From Yuukianura sp. NJ FZ-2021 (lineage: Eukaryota): 64,000 nucleotides of DNA. Positions 13,524-27,950 of the stretch are shown here, in pieces. The notes beneath the pieces are model-generated. The model had not been told where the DNA came from. It did not search any database and worked only from the letters and a program-made list of their open reading frames with translations. The position numbers and the translations under genes were made by a program. The stretch's first letter is position 1, and every line of letters starts with the position of its first letter. Where the stretch lies: the NCBI GenBank assembly GCA_046563655.1, contig CM102290.1, forward strand, positions 1,674,001 to 1,738,000. Reading direction: 5' to 3'.

Positions 13524-16500
13524 TTATAAGTTTTTGGGAAGCAGCCCGAGTCCAGATAACAGCCCAGTTTCGTCACCTACAAAAATTAGTTTTAAGTCCA
13601 ACCTAAACTAAAACTCTCATTAACTTCGACTGGTTTTTGATTTTTGTTAAAAATCAAAAACCAACCGAATATTTCGTACTCATTTTCTCACGACATGTCA
13701 AGTTCGGTGATCCTGCGTCATCAAATTCCTCTTCATCTGGGCGTAATAATCCAGTTCGTTTTCTACAGCTACTCATATGAGCCACTAAAATATAAAAAAA
13801 ATAAGTAACAGTGAAAAATTAAAATGGAGCTTTGCAATTGGCTTACTCAGGGCTTTGGAATTTTCTGGTGTTGCACCGCATGCGCATTGGATAAACAGTT
13901 TTGGAACTTTGGTGTGCATAGATCCAACACCTTTGGCTCTACGGCCCACTTGATGATTATTTTTGTTATGAGCAAACATACTCTTTTCACATGAAGTGCT
14001 AAATGGACATTTGGAACAAGTCAAGCACCCGCTGCAAGAAAAAAACAACAACAAAATTTACAATAACATCAATCAATTAGATTGTCATCAATTAAACCTA
14101 ACTAGTTCAGAAATCCTAGAAACTTACGGAAAATGGTCATCCGAAGTTAAGTTATGTTTGCATTCACAACAATTGTATACTTCGTTAGGATCTTCTCCTT
14201 TCGGAACAAAAAACTTAACAGCATCCAGACAAATTTTCCCCTTTTCAAGATGTGCTAGATGAATCGGCTGGTTCTTCGCATTTCCTTTAGTTTTGGCGTC
14301 TTTTGATGATCCCGATGAAGATGCTCCTTTCAACTTCTTCGAAGGTGGATAGGTAAAATTGGCTTTTGCGAATTTCGGTGGTAGAGGCATTAGAAGGACC
14401 TTGTCCTGGGCAGACTGTAGTGTGATGTAGTTGGCCATTGAACGAGGTGACTCATGTAACCCACTGTACGTGTGTCCACGGACGTCCATGTCCGTTGCAA
14501 AAGTTAACACACACTGAGAACACTTTTTCCCTTTCTTCCCAGAATGACTCTGAAGATGGCCCACGACGTTCTGAATGTCCGGAGCATTTCGAATGGAAAA
14601 TACTTTTAGGCAAATGGGACACTGGACTTGATCAGTTCCAGCGTGCTCCTACAGTAAAAAAAAAGTTGACTGGGTCAGTTTAGATATTTCCATTTCAAAG
14701 CGTAGTTTGCGTAAAGTTTTACCCTGTTAAAGTGTTCCACAACTTCGTGATGCCTCGAACTTCTAAAGGTGCAGCAATGACATTTGTACGGCATCTCACA
14801 CTTCTCATGCGTTTGCCACATGTGAATAATCAGAGAGTTTTTGTTGGGGAAAGATTCTTGGCAAATGAGGCATGGATTCGCCGCTAGTTCTAGTCGGTGA
14901 GCCTGAGTAAAAATTTAGCAGTTATGAAAAAGTAAATAACACAAAATTCAAAATAAAAAAAACGTACCGTTGATAAGTGTGTCGCATAGAGCGTTTGACT
15001 TCCAATTTCCTTGAGGCAGAACTCACAGTACACAACGTGGCTTGACGTTCTCCCGACGTTATTCACGTGTCCGGCAATGTGTCTTATAATTTCCTGATTC
15101 GTTAGAAACGGTTTGAAGCACAACGGACACTGGATCGAAAAATTGAAAAAAAAACTTGCCAGTACTTATATTTTTTAATTTCCATAAAAAAATTTAAACA
15201 CTAAAAAACTAACCTTGTGTGTGGTGGGAAAGGCTCCAAGCACTTCGCCATCAAAACCTTTGGATTCACCGTAGTAGTAGCCATACAAGTTGACACCATT
15301 CTTCGTATCATTTGACTTGGAGTTGAGGTAGGCCCTCAAATCCTCTTTGCTCAAACCGTTCACCTTCCTCTTCAGTGTTGAATTTGGATTTGTGAGTGAG
15401 ATCTCTGGAAGTAAAATTGGTGGCAGATTTGTGAGTCCATTTTCCGTCGACAGTCGCTTTTTCTTCTTCATTGCGCTAGAAGCTGGAGGTGAAGTTGGAG
15501 CTGGAGATGAAGTGGAACTAGAGTAACCATTACTACTTCGTACATAAGCTGCATAAGATTCGAGTGTCGGCATGCCACTTCCAGCTCCTCGAATGCTGTC
15601 TGGAAGCATGTCAATCCCAGTTGGATTCATGGCCTTGGAGTATGACCATTCAGCGAAAGGATTTAGTGAAATTTTGTTCAGTCTCGAAATGAGAGTTTCG
15701 TCTGCAACATAACATCAAAAAAATCAGTTCAGTTAAAACTAAAATGTTGAAATTAGAAGACAAAAAGTTTCAAATTACCTAGTTCCCATTTGGTCATTTG
15801 AACCAAATGATTAATCATGTTGTCAAAGGCTTGAAGAGAAGTAGATGCCCATAATTCTCTCCAGGAAAGCTCGTCCAGGAATTGCTGAATGAGACTTTTG
15901 CTCAGAACGGACAACGTGTTCTTTAGAATACATAGAAGAAGGAAACAATTAATGAATGCAGTTAAAAAAATACATGAGTTAATTGGATTTTACCTGGAAC
16001 ATTTTAGGAATCACATGTTTCAAGTAGTTCATAATATTGCCGTTGGTCATTTGCGTTCCAACTCCTGTTCCAGAAGGAGTCTTTGACTGAACGACAGACT
16101 TGAATCCCATTTCTGCCAGAGAACTCTGAAAATTAACAATTTGTTTCCATTAATTGATTGTTTTTAAAAAAAATATTTTTTACAGTAAATAAAAACTGGT
16201 TGGGGAAAAGGGTTAACGACCGTCATTGTTGCCGCGCAGTGTAGCCACATCGGCCATCTTTAGTGGCTATACTGTCGGACAACTTATGTTGCCACTCATG
16301 TGTAGCCATCTATTGTAAGCTACTAAAAATGGCGGAGTGGCTACACAGTGCGGCTACAATAACGGTCATCAATCCTTAATTTGACCGAAAAACTGTCAAC
16401 AATAATTGATTTCTATTCCTCACCTTATCAATGGAGTAGTCTATGAGAATCGTCGACTCTTTGTCCACCCAAGTTTTGAGTGGCCACAGAATTTGTTGCA

Positions 16501-18959
16501 GTCTTGTCTGAGTTGTGGATGGCGTTGCTCCACCAAGTGGATTAATCACCTTCATGCGAACTACGTTCTTCGCTGGATCCAGTACTCCAACAATCTCAAT
16601 TTTAATTGGTTTCTGATTCGGCATCATTTGATTCAACGGAGTTCCAAGTGTAATGATCCCAACTTCTACAAACTTGTCACGTCCACCCATTACTGGAGCG
16701 TATTCATGCAGAGCCGCCACACAGCAACTTCGTAACAGAGTGTAGAAGTTTTTCAAGTAGTAACTGCTGACCTAAATAATAAAACAATTGTATTAAACCA
16801 TTAGATTTTAATAAAATCTAAAATTATTATTATACCTTGACCCATTGTAGGACGTTCTGTGCCGAAGTCTGACATGCCCAATGGTAAATGAGCTTCATGA
16901 TTACTCCCGGAGTGTAAACAGCTGATTCGAAGATTGAACCATGGAAAACAGAAATTTGTGTATCAGGACAGCACTCGGTAATCCAAACATAGCCACCGCT
17001 AAACGGTTGCTTTCCACTGTCTGAGTACATGCCCAACTTGTACTTGATATTTTCTCGATCCGGTGTCATGTGCAGTACACAACGATGTTCCAGACGTAAT
17101 AGTCCCTGCTGCATAAGCCATTCAGTCAATTTCGCTGGTGAGTGGACCAGAAGATTCTTGACTTTTGTGTCTATTAAAAAACCTTTCCAGTTTACTGCCA
17201 AAAATGAGTGCAAAGTTTACCATAAGAAGGAAAACGAACCTTACCCAAATCAGATCTAGCAGCAGCCAGAGCTTGTCGACTAACTTTCTCACCAAGGTAA
17301 GGCTTGATGACCACAACTAATGATGGGAACGTCTTATTGTTATTTGAATCTTTATCAGCTTGGCTCCCATTGATGGTATTCGTCGTTTCCATTTGAGGAC
17401 CAGCGGGAACTACAATCTGAGTTCCTGGGGCAGAACTTGGAGGACGAGACAATTGATTCGGTGAATTTGGTGTGGCTGGTCGCACTGTGCTACCAGGACG
17501 TGGTTTCCCAGCATACTGAATTACTGGTGGTCTATTAGGGGTTGGAAGCGAAGGACGCCCGAGAATATGCGGTGCGATGCGATTCGTTGTTGCATTTTGT
17601 GCTGGGCGAGAATTGGGTGGAGGTGGTTGTGGTGCTGCAGTTCGATTTACAGTTGAAGGTGCTGAACGGTTCTGTGGAGTTGGTTTATTAGCTGAAGCGA
17701 TATTTGGATTTACTGCACGAACAGGAGCAGCGATTTTAGGAGGCTGTGGTCTTACTACGCTGCTGGGACCTGCTTTCTGGGATGCTGGTGGATATCTCAC
17801 TGTAACAGTATTAGGACGTTGTCCTCGTGCATTTGGATTATTCATACTTAGAGAACTTGTGGAAATAATTCTTGGCGAAAATGAGTCGGCTCCAGACGTG
17901 ATGGGAGTCAGACTTGAGGGGACACGAGGAGGCCGAGTTTGCACTGCTACAATTGTTCTGGTTTGTGGGCCTGAGGGACGGTTATTAGTATTGGCTCTGA
18001 CTGAGGTAATTGAAACTGCCCCACGAATTTGAGGTAGCCTTGAAACCGTCGCCGTGGTACCACCATTTTGCCCTGCTGAAAAATAAGATGAATTAGTTTA
18101 TCTAACAACGAAAACCTCGAATGTAAATAAAGTACCTGGACTAGAACTCGGCACTACGAGAACTCCAGAAGTGGCATCAAAGAAAATAGGTTGCAAATTC
18201 TGAGCGTTCACAAGCTGACCATTTACAAGTGCCAGTTGACTGTTCAGTGGCTGTCCTGCCGTTGTTGCTGTGATTGCTCCAGTAGCACCTTCAAGCGTCA
18301 AAATCTCATTTATAAAGGCTCAAAAGACAGCAAAATCTCATCAAGTTCTTACCGGCAGGTGGAATCACATTTGAAGGAGCAGTACTCCTTGGTTGAGAAG
18401 TTGAAACTGATGTAGTAGATGGTCTAGGAAGTGGTGCAATAAGTTTGCCTCTGGTACCCAACGATCGCTGTCTCACAACACTAATTGGTGGTCGATTATT
18501 ACTAAATTGCATTCCTGGTCTCGCATTTATCAAAGTATGTCCCGTGTTGAGGGGACGGAATCCCATAGGTACTTGCGCTGGTTGTAGTGGCCGAGTAAGC
18601 GACGTTCCAGAAGATCCAGGCCCTTTTCCTAAGGATCCCATCACAATTGTATTCCTCCTTTGAGTCTGTAGTCTTGGTTTAATACACCATTTCTTTACAA
18701 GCTGCATCGTTTGTTGGAAAGCTTTAACATCCTCCTAAATCATAAAGTCATTAATTAACTAATTAATACCATGCAAGAAATCTGTTATTCAACTTACCGC
18801 CTGTTTCATACGTTGCGCTTTATTTATAGGCTCATCAACGCAGTCCATTGTCAGATCTGTAGGGGGCTTCGGAGGTGCTGGCCGTTCTTCTAAGATGACC
18901 AAATCATCATCCTCTTCCTCGTCTTCGTCCATGACGATAAGTTCAGGTTCTGGCTCCAT
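13524..18959 (-). CDS. POGZ/ZNF280/row-family zinc-finger protein with an internal Merlin/IS1595-like transposase-derived domain
   Basis: ATG 18959. N-terminal TDLTMDCVDEP resembles POGZ TDLFMECEEE. Zinc fingers align with POGZ: CLICQESF..HMWQTHEKCEMPYKCHCCTFRSS (POGZ [23 protein letters not shown]), QCPICLKVF, and HPZ-like CCECKHNLTSDDHFP..CSKCPFSTSCEKSMFAHNKNNH. The last exon and stop position are uncertain. Confidence 0.88.
16210..16375. mobile_element. MITE-like element, family C, in an intron of the POGZ-like gene
   Basis: gggttaacgaccgtcattgttgccgcgcagtgtagccac ... gtggctacacagtgcggctacaataacggtcatcaatcc inverted ends. Confidence 0.72.
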
Positions 18960-19921
18960 TCTCCAGTACGTGTACTAGTACCTACCTTGTGACAAAGAAA
19001 TTTACCTGTTTCTTTGTAGACGTCAACTGTATCCGCGTGGTCCAATGAATACTGACTAGTGACAGGGCAGAGAGATGATGACACTGCTCAGCTAACAACA
19101 AATCATTCAACTAATTAAATTCCTCCGACTCCTTACTAAAGAAGAAACCTGTGTACTGGATATGAATGAGCGCGAGATCCTCTTTTGTTGTTGGACTTTG
19201 CGAAAGTTTATTGTTGTGGAATCGAGGAAAAACTTTTCACGCCAATTTCACCATAGTCCGAGCTGGGCAAATCTTAGCAACATAATCCTCATTAATCAAA
19301 TCAAAAATTTGTCCAGTGTTAACTTAATTACTTAATCAATAAAGGTCAAGTTACTTGTCAAAAACACTAGTTTCAACTAAACTTGTTTGGTACTTTGGAA
19401 ATTATTGAGCATTTCTGCTCACAGATGCCCATTTATGAAACAAATATAAAAAATTATTTTTTAAATAGGCGGGAAAACGTCGGAAAATCTGCGTCTACAC
19501 TGCCGTGGAATTTCCATTACCCTTTAAAACGTTTTGCATATGCAGTGGATATTTGCGTCGTCGTGGCATGTCGCATGGATCCGTCGCGTAAATCCGTGAA
19601 TTCGCGCGGTTAGTCAAAAAGCTACGCCAATCAGCCTACCTGAGTTGGAGATTAGGGAAATTAGTGAATTATCGGCAACAGTGTACGCTAGAGGGCGTGC
19701 AGAATATGTTCAAAACCACTAAACGACGCCAACTTTATTCTGGAAACAATACGCCGTCACAAATTCCTAAAACAATAGCTCAAAACCACATGATTAAAAA
19801 TCATTCATTAAATTTTGAATAGATTGACAATGATTAATTTAACGTATAAATCCGTCTAGAGTTTAGTGTGACGCGAAAATTAGGAAATATTTCAGGTTAA
19901 TTTGGATTCATCTAATGTATC

Positions 19922-22732
19922 TTAAAACGGAAGTGTAGCATATGACAACCAATGGAGATACTCCGATACACGCGTGTACACGTCAGGCCAATATGGCAAC
20001 AATGCGCAACCTCCAATTCCGAAACTAACGATTCCAACGACTTGTCTCCTTCCGGTTGTAGTCGACTCTACCACTAGTGGTCCACCACTATCTAAAAAAT
20101 TAGAGCCCGATTGCCAAAATTAACTACGGCGCTGCACTCCACAGCATGAAAATGTTTCGGAGGAAAAATTAAATTTAAATTTACCTCCGAAACAAGTACC
20201 GGAACAATTCGGAGCAACGGCGCACAACATCGTAGAGAAAACGTAGTCGACCTTGAGCCGTTTCTTACATTCTTCGTTGTCTATGAGTTTGTTGTCTACG
20301 CGTTGAAGGTGTGTAGCTAATTTCCCCAGGGGGTAATGTATTGCCCCCCAACCTGAGATCACAGCATCAGCTCCAGCATATGTCTTCCCTATAGGTTAGG
20401 CTAGTTAGGTTAACAAATATTACCAAACAGAATTTTGGTGCCTCAGTACCGGAGTACCGTTTCGGCTAACCGAGCTGTTTGTATCGTGTACCGGATTCTG
20501 GAAGACACACAGGCGCAATTCCCTCTCTAAATTGAATGTCCTTCTTGAGTCGTATGACTGCAATGTCGTTCTTGAGATAGTACGGATCAAAGTGCGAGTG
20601 GAACAAGATGGAGTGCAGTGACATTGTAACGTGTTTGGCTTCTGTAGTTAGGTTAAGGTTAAGGTCACCCAGCACTATTCGAATATTGCGCAAGTTCAAC
20701 GGTGAAACGGCAAGGAAGCAATGCTGGCAACAATGCACGAAAAATTTGTAGTTCAGCGGTACTTTTTAGAAAAAAAAATTCAAAATTTTGAATCTTACCG
20801 CCGCAGTTAAGATGATTCTACTACTAAGAATGGATCCACCACACACGTGACCTTTGACATCCTGGATACTGACTTGCCACGGAAACTCGTTACGTAGAGC
20901 ATCTTGTCCGCGGATAATTCTCTCCTTTAACTTTTCGGCGGCAATATCCAGTCCAGTATTTTTACAAAGTGTGTTATTAGGATTGGGAGTTGCATGTGTA
21001 GTACTTTCCAGAATAGCTTCATGAGCTCGTTTCAAATACTCTTTAAAAAACGTTTGGAAATAATTTTTTTTAACTTTTTTGAAAAAAAGTTTGTTTTTTT
21101 CAGTTTACGTATGAAAAAGTAATTGTCAGGGGCCTCCACTTTTCCCTCCTTCAACTCTCCCTCTTCAGTAGAAATTGAATTGTCCCTCTCTCCACCACTT
21201 TCACTACTTCCGTTGACTCGTCTTCCACAACCCGAAGCATCTGAAATCAAAGGTCAATGAATCCAGGGTTAATTAATGTAGGAGAGGTCAGAGGTCAAAG
21301 GTTCACCTTTGATCTGGGTCACTTGACACTTCAACTGGGTCAGTTGTATATTCCATTTGAACGTTTCTGCCGAACTTTGTATGATCGAAAGAAGCTTGAG
21401 TGGAACGCGGGCGTCAACGGGTACGATTGCTAAACGAATCAAATACAAATTAATTAATATATTAATTAACTTTATAATAAAAATAATAAAATAATTATAA
21501 TTATTTTATTTTCTTTTTACAAAGGAAAAGGCTATGCTTCTCAAAGCGGGGTATTGTGGTGCTCGAGCAAGTGGTAGGTGGTCGGGAAGTGGTAGGTGAT
21601 CTGGAAATGGTATGATAGATGGTCGTGAAATGATAAATGGTTAGTTCTTGGGAAGGTTGTAGGTGGTTGATGGCCGTGAAGTGGAGGATGGTCGAGCAAG
21701 TGGTAGGTGGTAGGTGGTGGGGCAAGTGGTCGGTGGTCGGAAAGTGGTAGGTGATGGGGAAATTGTATATACCATGTGGTAGGTGGTCGTGAAATCATAA
21801 ATGGTCAGTTCTATGAAGGTGGTAGATGGCCGTGAAGTGGTAGGTGGTGGGGCAAGTGGTCGGTGGTCGGGAAGTCTAGATGATTCATGAAGTTATGAGG
21901 TAATGCCTACTTACTGGAGTACCCTGACAGTTCCCCGCACCGTGGAAACGCCGGACCATCCAGAGAGTCTAGAATCAGCAATTGGTCCATGTGACATAGC
22001 CCGCGGTCCAACGGCCTCGTTGTGTTGAACTCAATAAAATCCAAACTGAAAATGAAAGACAAATTGAATGCTGAAAAAAATTAGCATTTTTTGAAAATTT
22101 TGGCTTCCAAATTTGATTCTTACCGAACTCCACCTAAATATAAAATTGAGCTTATTAGTTTTTGGATATATTTTTTTCAAAAATTTTTTCTTCACTTACA
22201 AATTCCTGGTTGAAGATTAATTACAAATTGGCACAAAAGTGTTCCCACGGTGGGTGCAGGGTATCCAGGACTTTGCCAAAACGATTCCAAATCTCTTGTG
22301 CTCCCTCTACATCCACCGTCAACTTGTTTTTCAAAATTTCAAAAAATTTCAATTAAAGTTCAAAATTAGTAAAACTTTTCCGTAACTACTTCCTGTCGTA
22401 CAACTTACATTGACAACATGTTGATTGTTCAATGTCACCACACTCTGAGGTCATGACCCCACCTAGTCTACTGCACGTTGACACGGGCAGACAAAGTCCT
22501 TGACAAGGAGAAGTCGCTTCTTCTATTCCATGATAATTTTTATGATTAATTACTACGAAATCTTCAGATTCAGCCTCTCCTGACAAACCAGCTTCATACA
22601 ATCTGCGGAAGTTGAATCAAAAAAACAATTCAAAAAACGACAAAAAAAAATTTTCTGAAGGATTTTCTAACAAAAAGTTCACCGATGCCGAAAAACTTAC
22701 AAGGTCAACACTACTACGATTAGTTTCTTCAT
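19922..22732 (-). CDS. Secreted serine protease (S1) with N-terminal Cys-rich and CUB domains
   Basis: Signal peptide [11 protein letters not shown]. Cys-rich [18 protein letters not shown] motifs WQSPGYP, ICGVRLDFIEF, CGELSG. Activation site R-IIRG. Intact triad TAAHC, DIAVI, GDSGGP. Gly at the S1-pocket (189) position suggests non-trypsin specificity. Confidence 0.9.
21553..21872. repeat. G-rich minisatellite (GTGGTAGGTGGTCG units) in a protease intron
   Basis: Many imperfect copies of aagtggtaggtggtcg, with a higher-order duplication. Confidence 0.85.
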
Positions 22733-23515
22733 TTTCAATTTGGAGGAAATCACAATCAGTAAGAAACTTTTCTTAAAATTTTAACTTAGACAAACAAAAT
22801 TTCAGTTTAGAAAAACAATTTTAAAATTTCGTAATTTGCTTGTTTTACACTCTGTTTTTGTTCCCGTTAAACTTAGAATGAAGGATATGCGAAGCAGTTA
22901 GGCAAAAAAAATTGCCAATAATTTGCCAATTTCCCCTCGGGCTTAAATTCTTTTGTTTCAAAAACTTTTGCATCTTTTTCTTGTCTTTTCGGATTTAGTG
23001 TCAGAGACCTCTGCAAAGACGATGGAAACAACAATAGGAGGAAAAGTTAAATTCTCAACAACAATTGACAAGAAAAAAAGTTTTTGAAAAAACTAAAAAT
23101 TAACTTCCGGTTTTCACTTTCAAAATTTAACTTTTTGAGTCAATTAGAGTCACTGCACGAAAGCTTCCCCTAGCACTATACATTCTCAAATTATGTTACA
23201 AATTTCAAGGTCTTTTCCAGAAACAAATTTTTGTTGAAACGAGTTTTTAGAAATTTCAAAAAAATTGTGTCACTCGTGCAAAAACAGTTTTTGCAATCAT
23301 GCCTTCTCGTTTGACTAAAAATAGATCCTTCATCAAACAATTCTGCAACAATTACATGCGCATACACAGACATGCGCTAACTTTATACCCACGCGGTTTC
23401 CAAAAAAAACAAAAAAAAAACAAATTCGTCGTTATAAAAATTTGACATATTCGTTTTCTATTTTTTCTTTCATTTTACGAAAACGCTCCGTTTTGCGTAA
23501 ACGAATGTTTTATGC

Positions 23516-23732
23516 CAAGGTTCCTTGACACCCGAGTTGTAATTCCTACAACAGGTTGTCCAATAGCTCAGGGTTTCCAAAAATCTTACTTCATATAAGT
23601 TCTGTACCAATCCCATTTACATTACATGCGAAAAATCACCATAGAAAGGCAGATTTGCTATTTTCAAACAAATTTTAAAACTTCCAGTTATTGGACAACC
23701 TGGTATAGAAAAAGTTTTTTTTTCGAACCTTA
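23516..23732 (+). mobile_element. MITE family B (CAAGGTT termini, P-superfamily-like)
   Basis: Starts caaggttccttgaca and ends aacctta. Internal inverted repeat acaggttgtccaata / tattggacaacctg. Flanks ttttatgc / gcttatgc (6/8). Confidence 0.75.
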
Positions 23733-24523
23733 GCTTATGCTAAAAAAAAACAATCTGGAGAGATTTCTACGCGCAAAATTAAAAAAAAATGTTAGTACGT
23801 TATGTTATTTTTTTTGAGCATATGTAATATGTAATATGGGTTAAAATATGTAACGTGATGCTGACAAAGTAATTGATTCCTTGGTCCAAGTGGTTTTTGT
23901 GACGAGAGTCGACTGTTGTCCAATAGGTATGGATGAATGGCCAGTTTCGGTTCATGTCCGGTGAAGAAAAGAGGAACTCCAATTAGTCCAAGGCCCCCAA
24001 CTCTACTTATTTTGGACCACACTGTACATTTAGAACATGATCTCCTAACATATTGTAATACAATTACAACCAACAGTTCTATCTAATCCATAACATCTAA
24101 TCGTCCGGGTACCTCACAAACCAATCACCATCACAACCAAAGTCACTCCGAGCTCACTTCTTGTGCTGGACGAGGCTCAGTTGACTCCAGATGCCCTTAG
24201 CTGTAACTCTAAACCTCCACTTAACTTCTCCAACACACTTCATTCCACACTTCAGTTGAAATCCAAACGCTCAAGGGCTCACAAGTCCATGTCCAGTCTT
24301 CCAGCACTCTCCGCTTGCCCAACTGAGGTCAAGTGTCAAACCGCTTTCCGTTGTCACGGCAACTGCCTAAGGACGCTTGGTCACCTCTGCGTCTGCGTAG
24401 TAATTCTCACCACTCAAAAACCGTTGGAAACGCTAATCCTTGCCTCTGAATTGGACTAAAAAGTTAACTTTGTCGTTAAATTTGTCGTTGTTAAAGTGCG
24501 TCTGTGTCAAGTGCACTTGGAAA

Positions 24524-26523
<2,000 letters not shown>

Positions 26524-27950
26524 CCCATCACTTCAACAAACTCACTTCAACCTTAACTTTGGCTTTAACTTTAACTCCAAGAGTGCTAAACTATAAATTT
26601 AAATATAAAATTAAAATTGTTAAACTTAAACTTATTGTTTGTTAACTACAAAAACATCAAATCCTTCCATTTTTACCTAAAAATGACTAGTCGAATTGTA
26701 ATTAAAGGTCAAAATACTATGTACTTCAAAGTGTTAATTAATTGAATAAATTGGAATACCATGATGATAACACATGTAAGATGGAAGGGCTATGAATTTA
26801 TTTTTAAGATATAACCAACATGCTACGCGTGCTTGGTGGGGCTTCGCCCTTCGCATGTAAAATCATCCAAAGTTTTATGACTTTTTTTTTATCTAAAGTA
26901 ATACAACGCTAGAACTTGTGATGACGTTTTAAAAATGAGCAACTATTTTGGAAAACTTCAGTTTCTGGCGACAGGAAGTTACATTTTTGGACACACAGCG
27001 ACTTTAAAGCTTAAAAATTTGAGAGTAAACAAATCAATTATTAGTTACTATCCAATTCCGGAATTACCTTTCACCTGTAACTTCCTTTTAGTATACATAT
27101 TTTACTATAATACGTTTTAAAATATATTTTTTATCTCTACTTTATTGAAACGAAACAAGGAAGAGCTTCATTTTGACAGCTTACCACATGTATTCCACGT
27201 GGAATTTAAATTCAAAAAAAGCGCATGTAAATGTGTAAGCTTAAAGCGCGAAATTCAAATTTGGCAAAAGGAATTGCAAAAAAAAAATCATCTTTGCAAT
27301 TTTTTTTTCTTCCATAACATTTTGGTGTGCGCAAATAATCGTATGTTTCTTCCTAAAACTATCCGACGATCCGAATCCTCCTCGCCCTTGGCTTACATTC
27401 AACTTCAACGTATCGATTTTTTTGGTAGTTTGGTCACTTTTGGCAGGCGAACTTTGTAACGTAAGTATATGTTTGTGTAGGAACAATGAGCTAACGGTAA
27501 CTGTAAAGTAATGGACTTATCAAGTTACTAAATTCGCAAGAATAAGCCAAGGAATAATTGATTTGCCATCCTTGTTGTATCCGTTTATGTTAAAAGGTAA
27601 ACGTCATCCTTATAAATTTTGTATCCATATTGGCTATTTTGAACTTAAATTTATCAAATCAATTGAAATTGAACTGGTGTAGCTTTCTAGTACAACACAT
27701 GTGACATAATGATACCCTGCACTTACACTGGCGTACTAAAGTTGATCGTGTAATATTGTCTGATGTTTTGACTTATTTTCAGGAAATCGTTGTAACTTCG
27801 GTGTTCTTGGACGTTGTGAAGTTGTTGGCTGATTAAAGCTGCCTAGTGATAGGCCATGGACGACTGAACATTTAATTACCGCCGTACCGTCTTTGACATA
27901 CAACATTTGTGAAAGTTCTTTGGACATACTTAAGTTAGAGGTGTTCAGTA

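Noticed and set aside
13524..14060. Expected pogo (CENP-B HTH plus DDE) domain at the C-terminus of the POGZ-like gene
   Set aside because: Coding sequence ends shortly after the last finger, and the DPP9 5' region follows, leaving no room for such a domain.
21501..21798. His/Pro/Thr-rich ORFs
   Set aside because: Translations of the intronic minisatellite. The protease exons splice around it.
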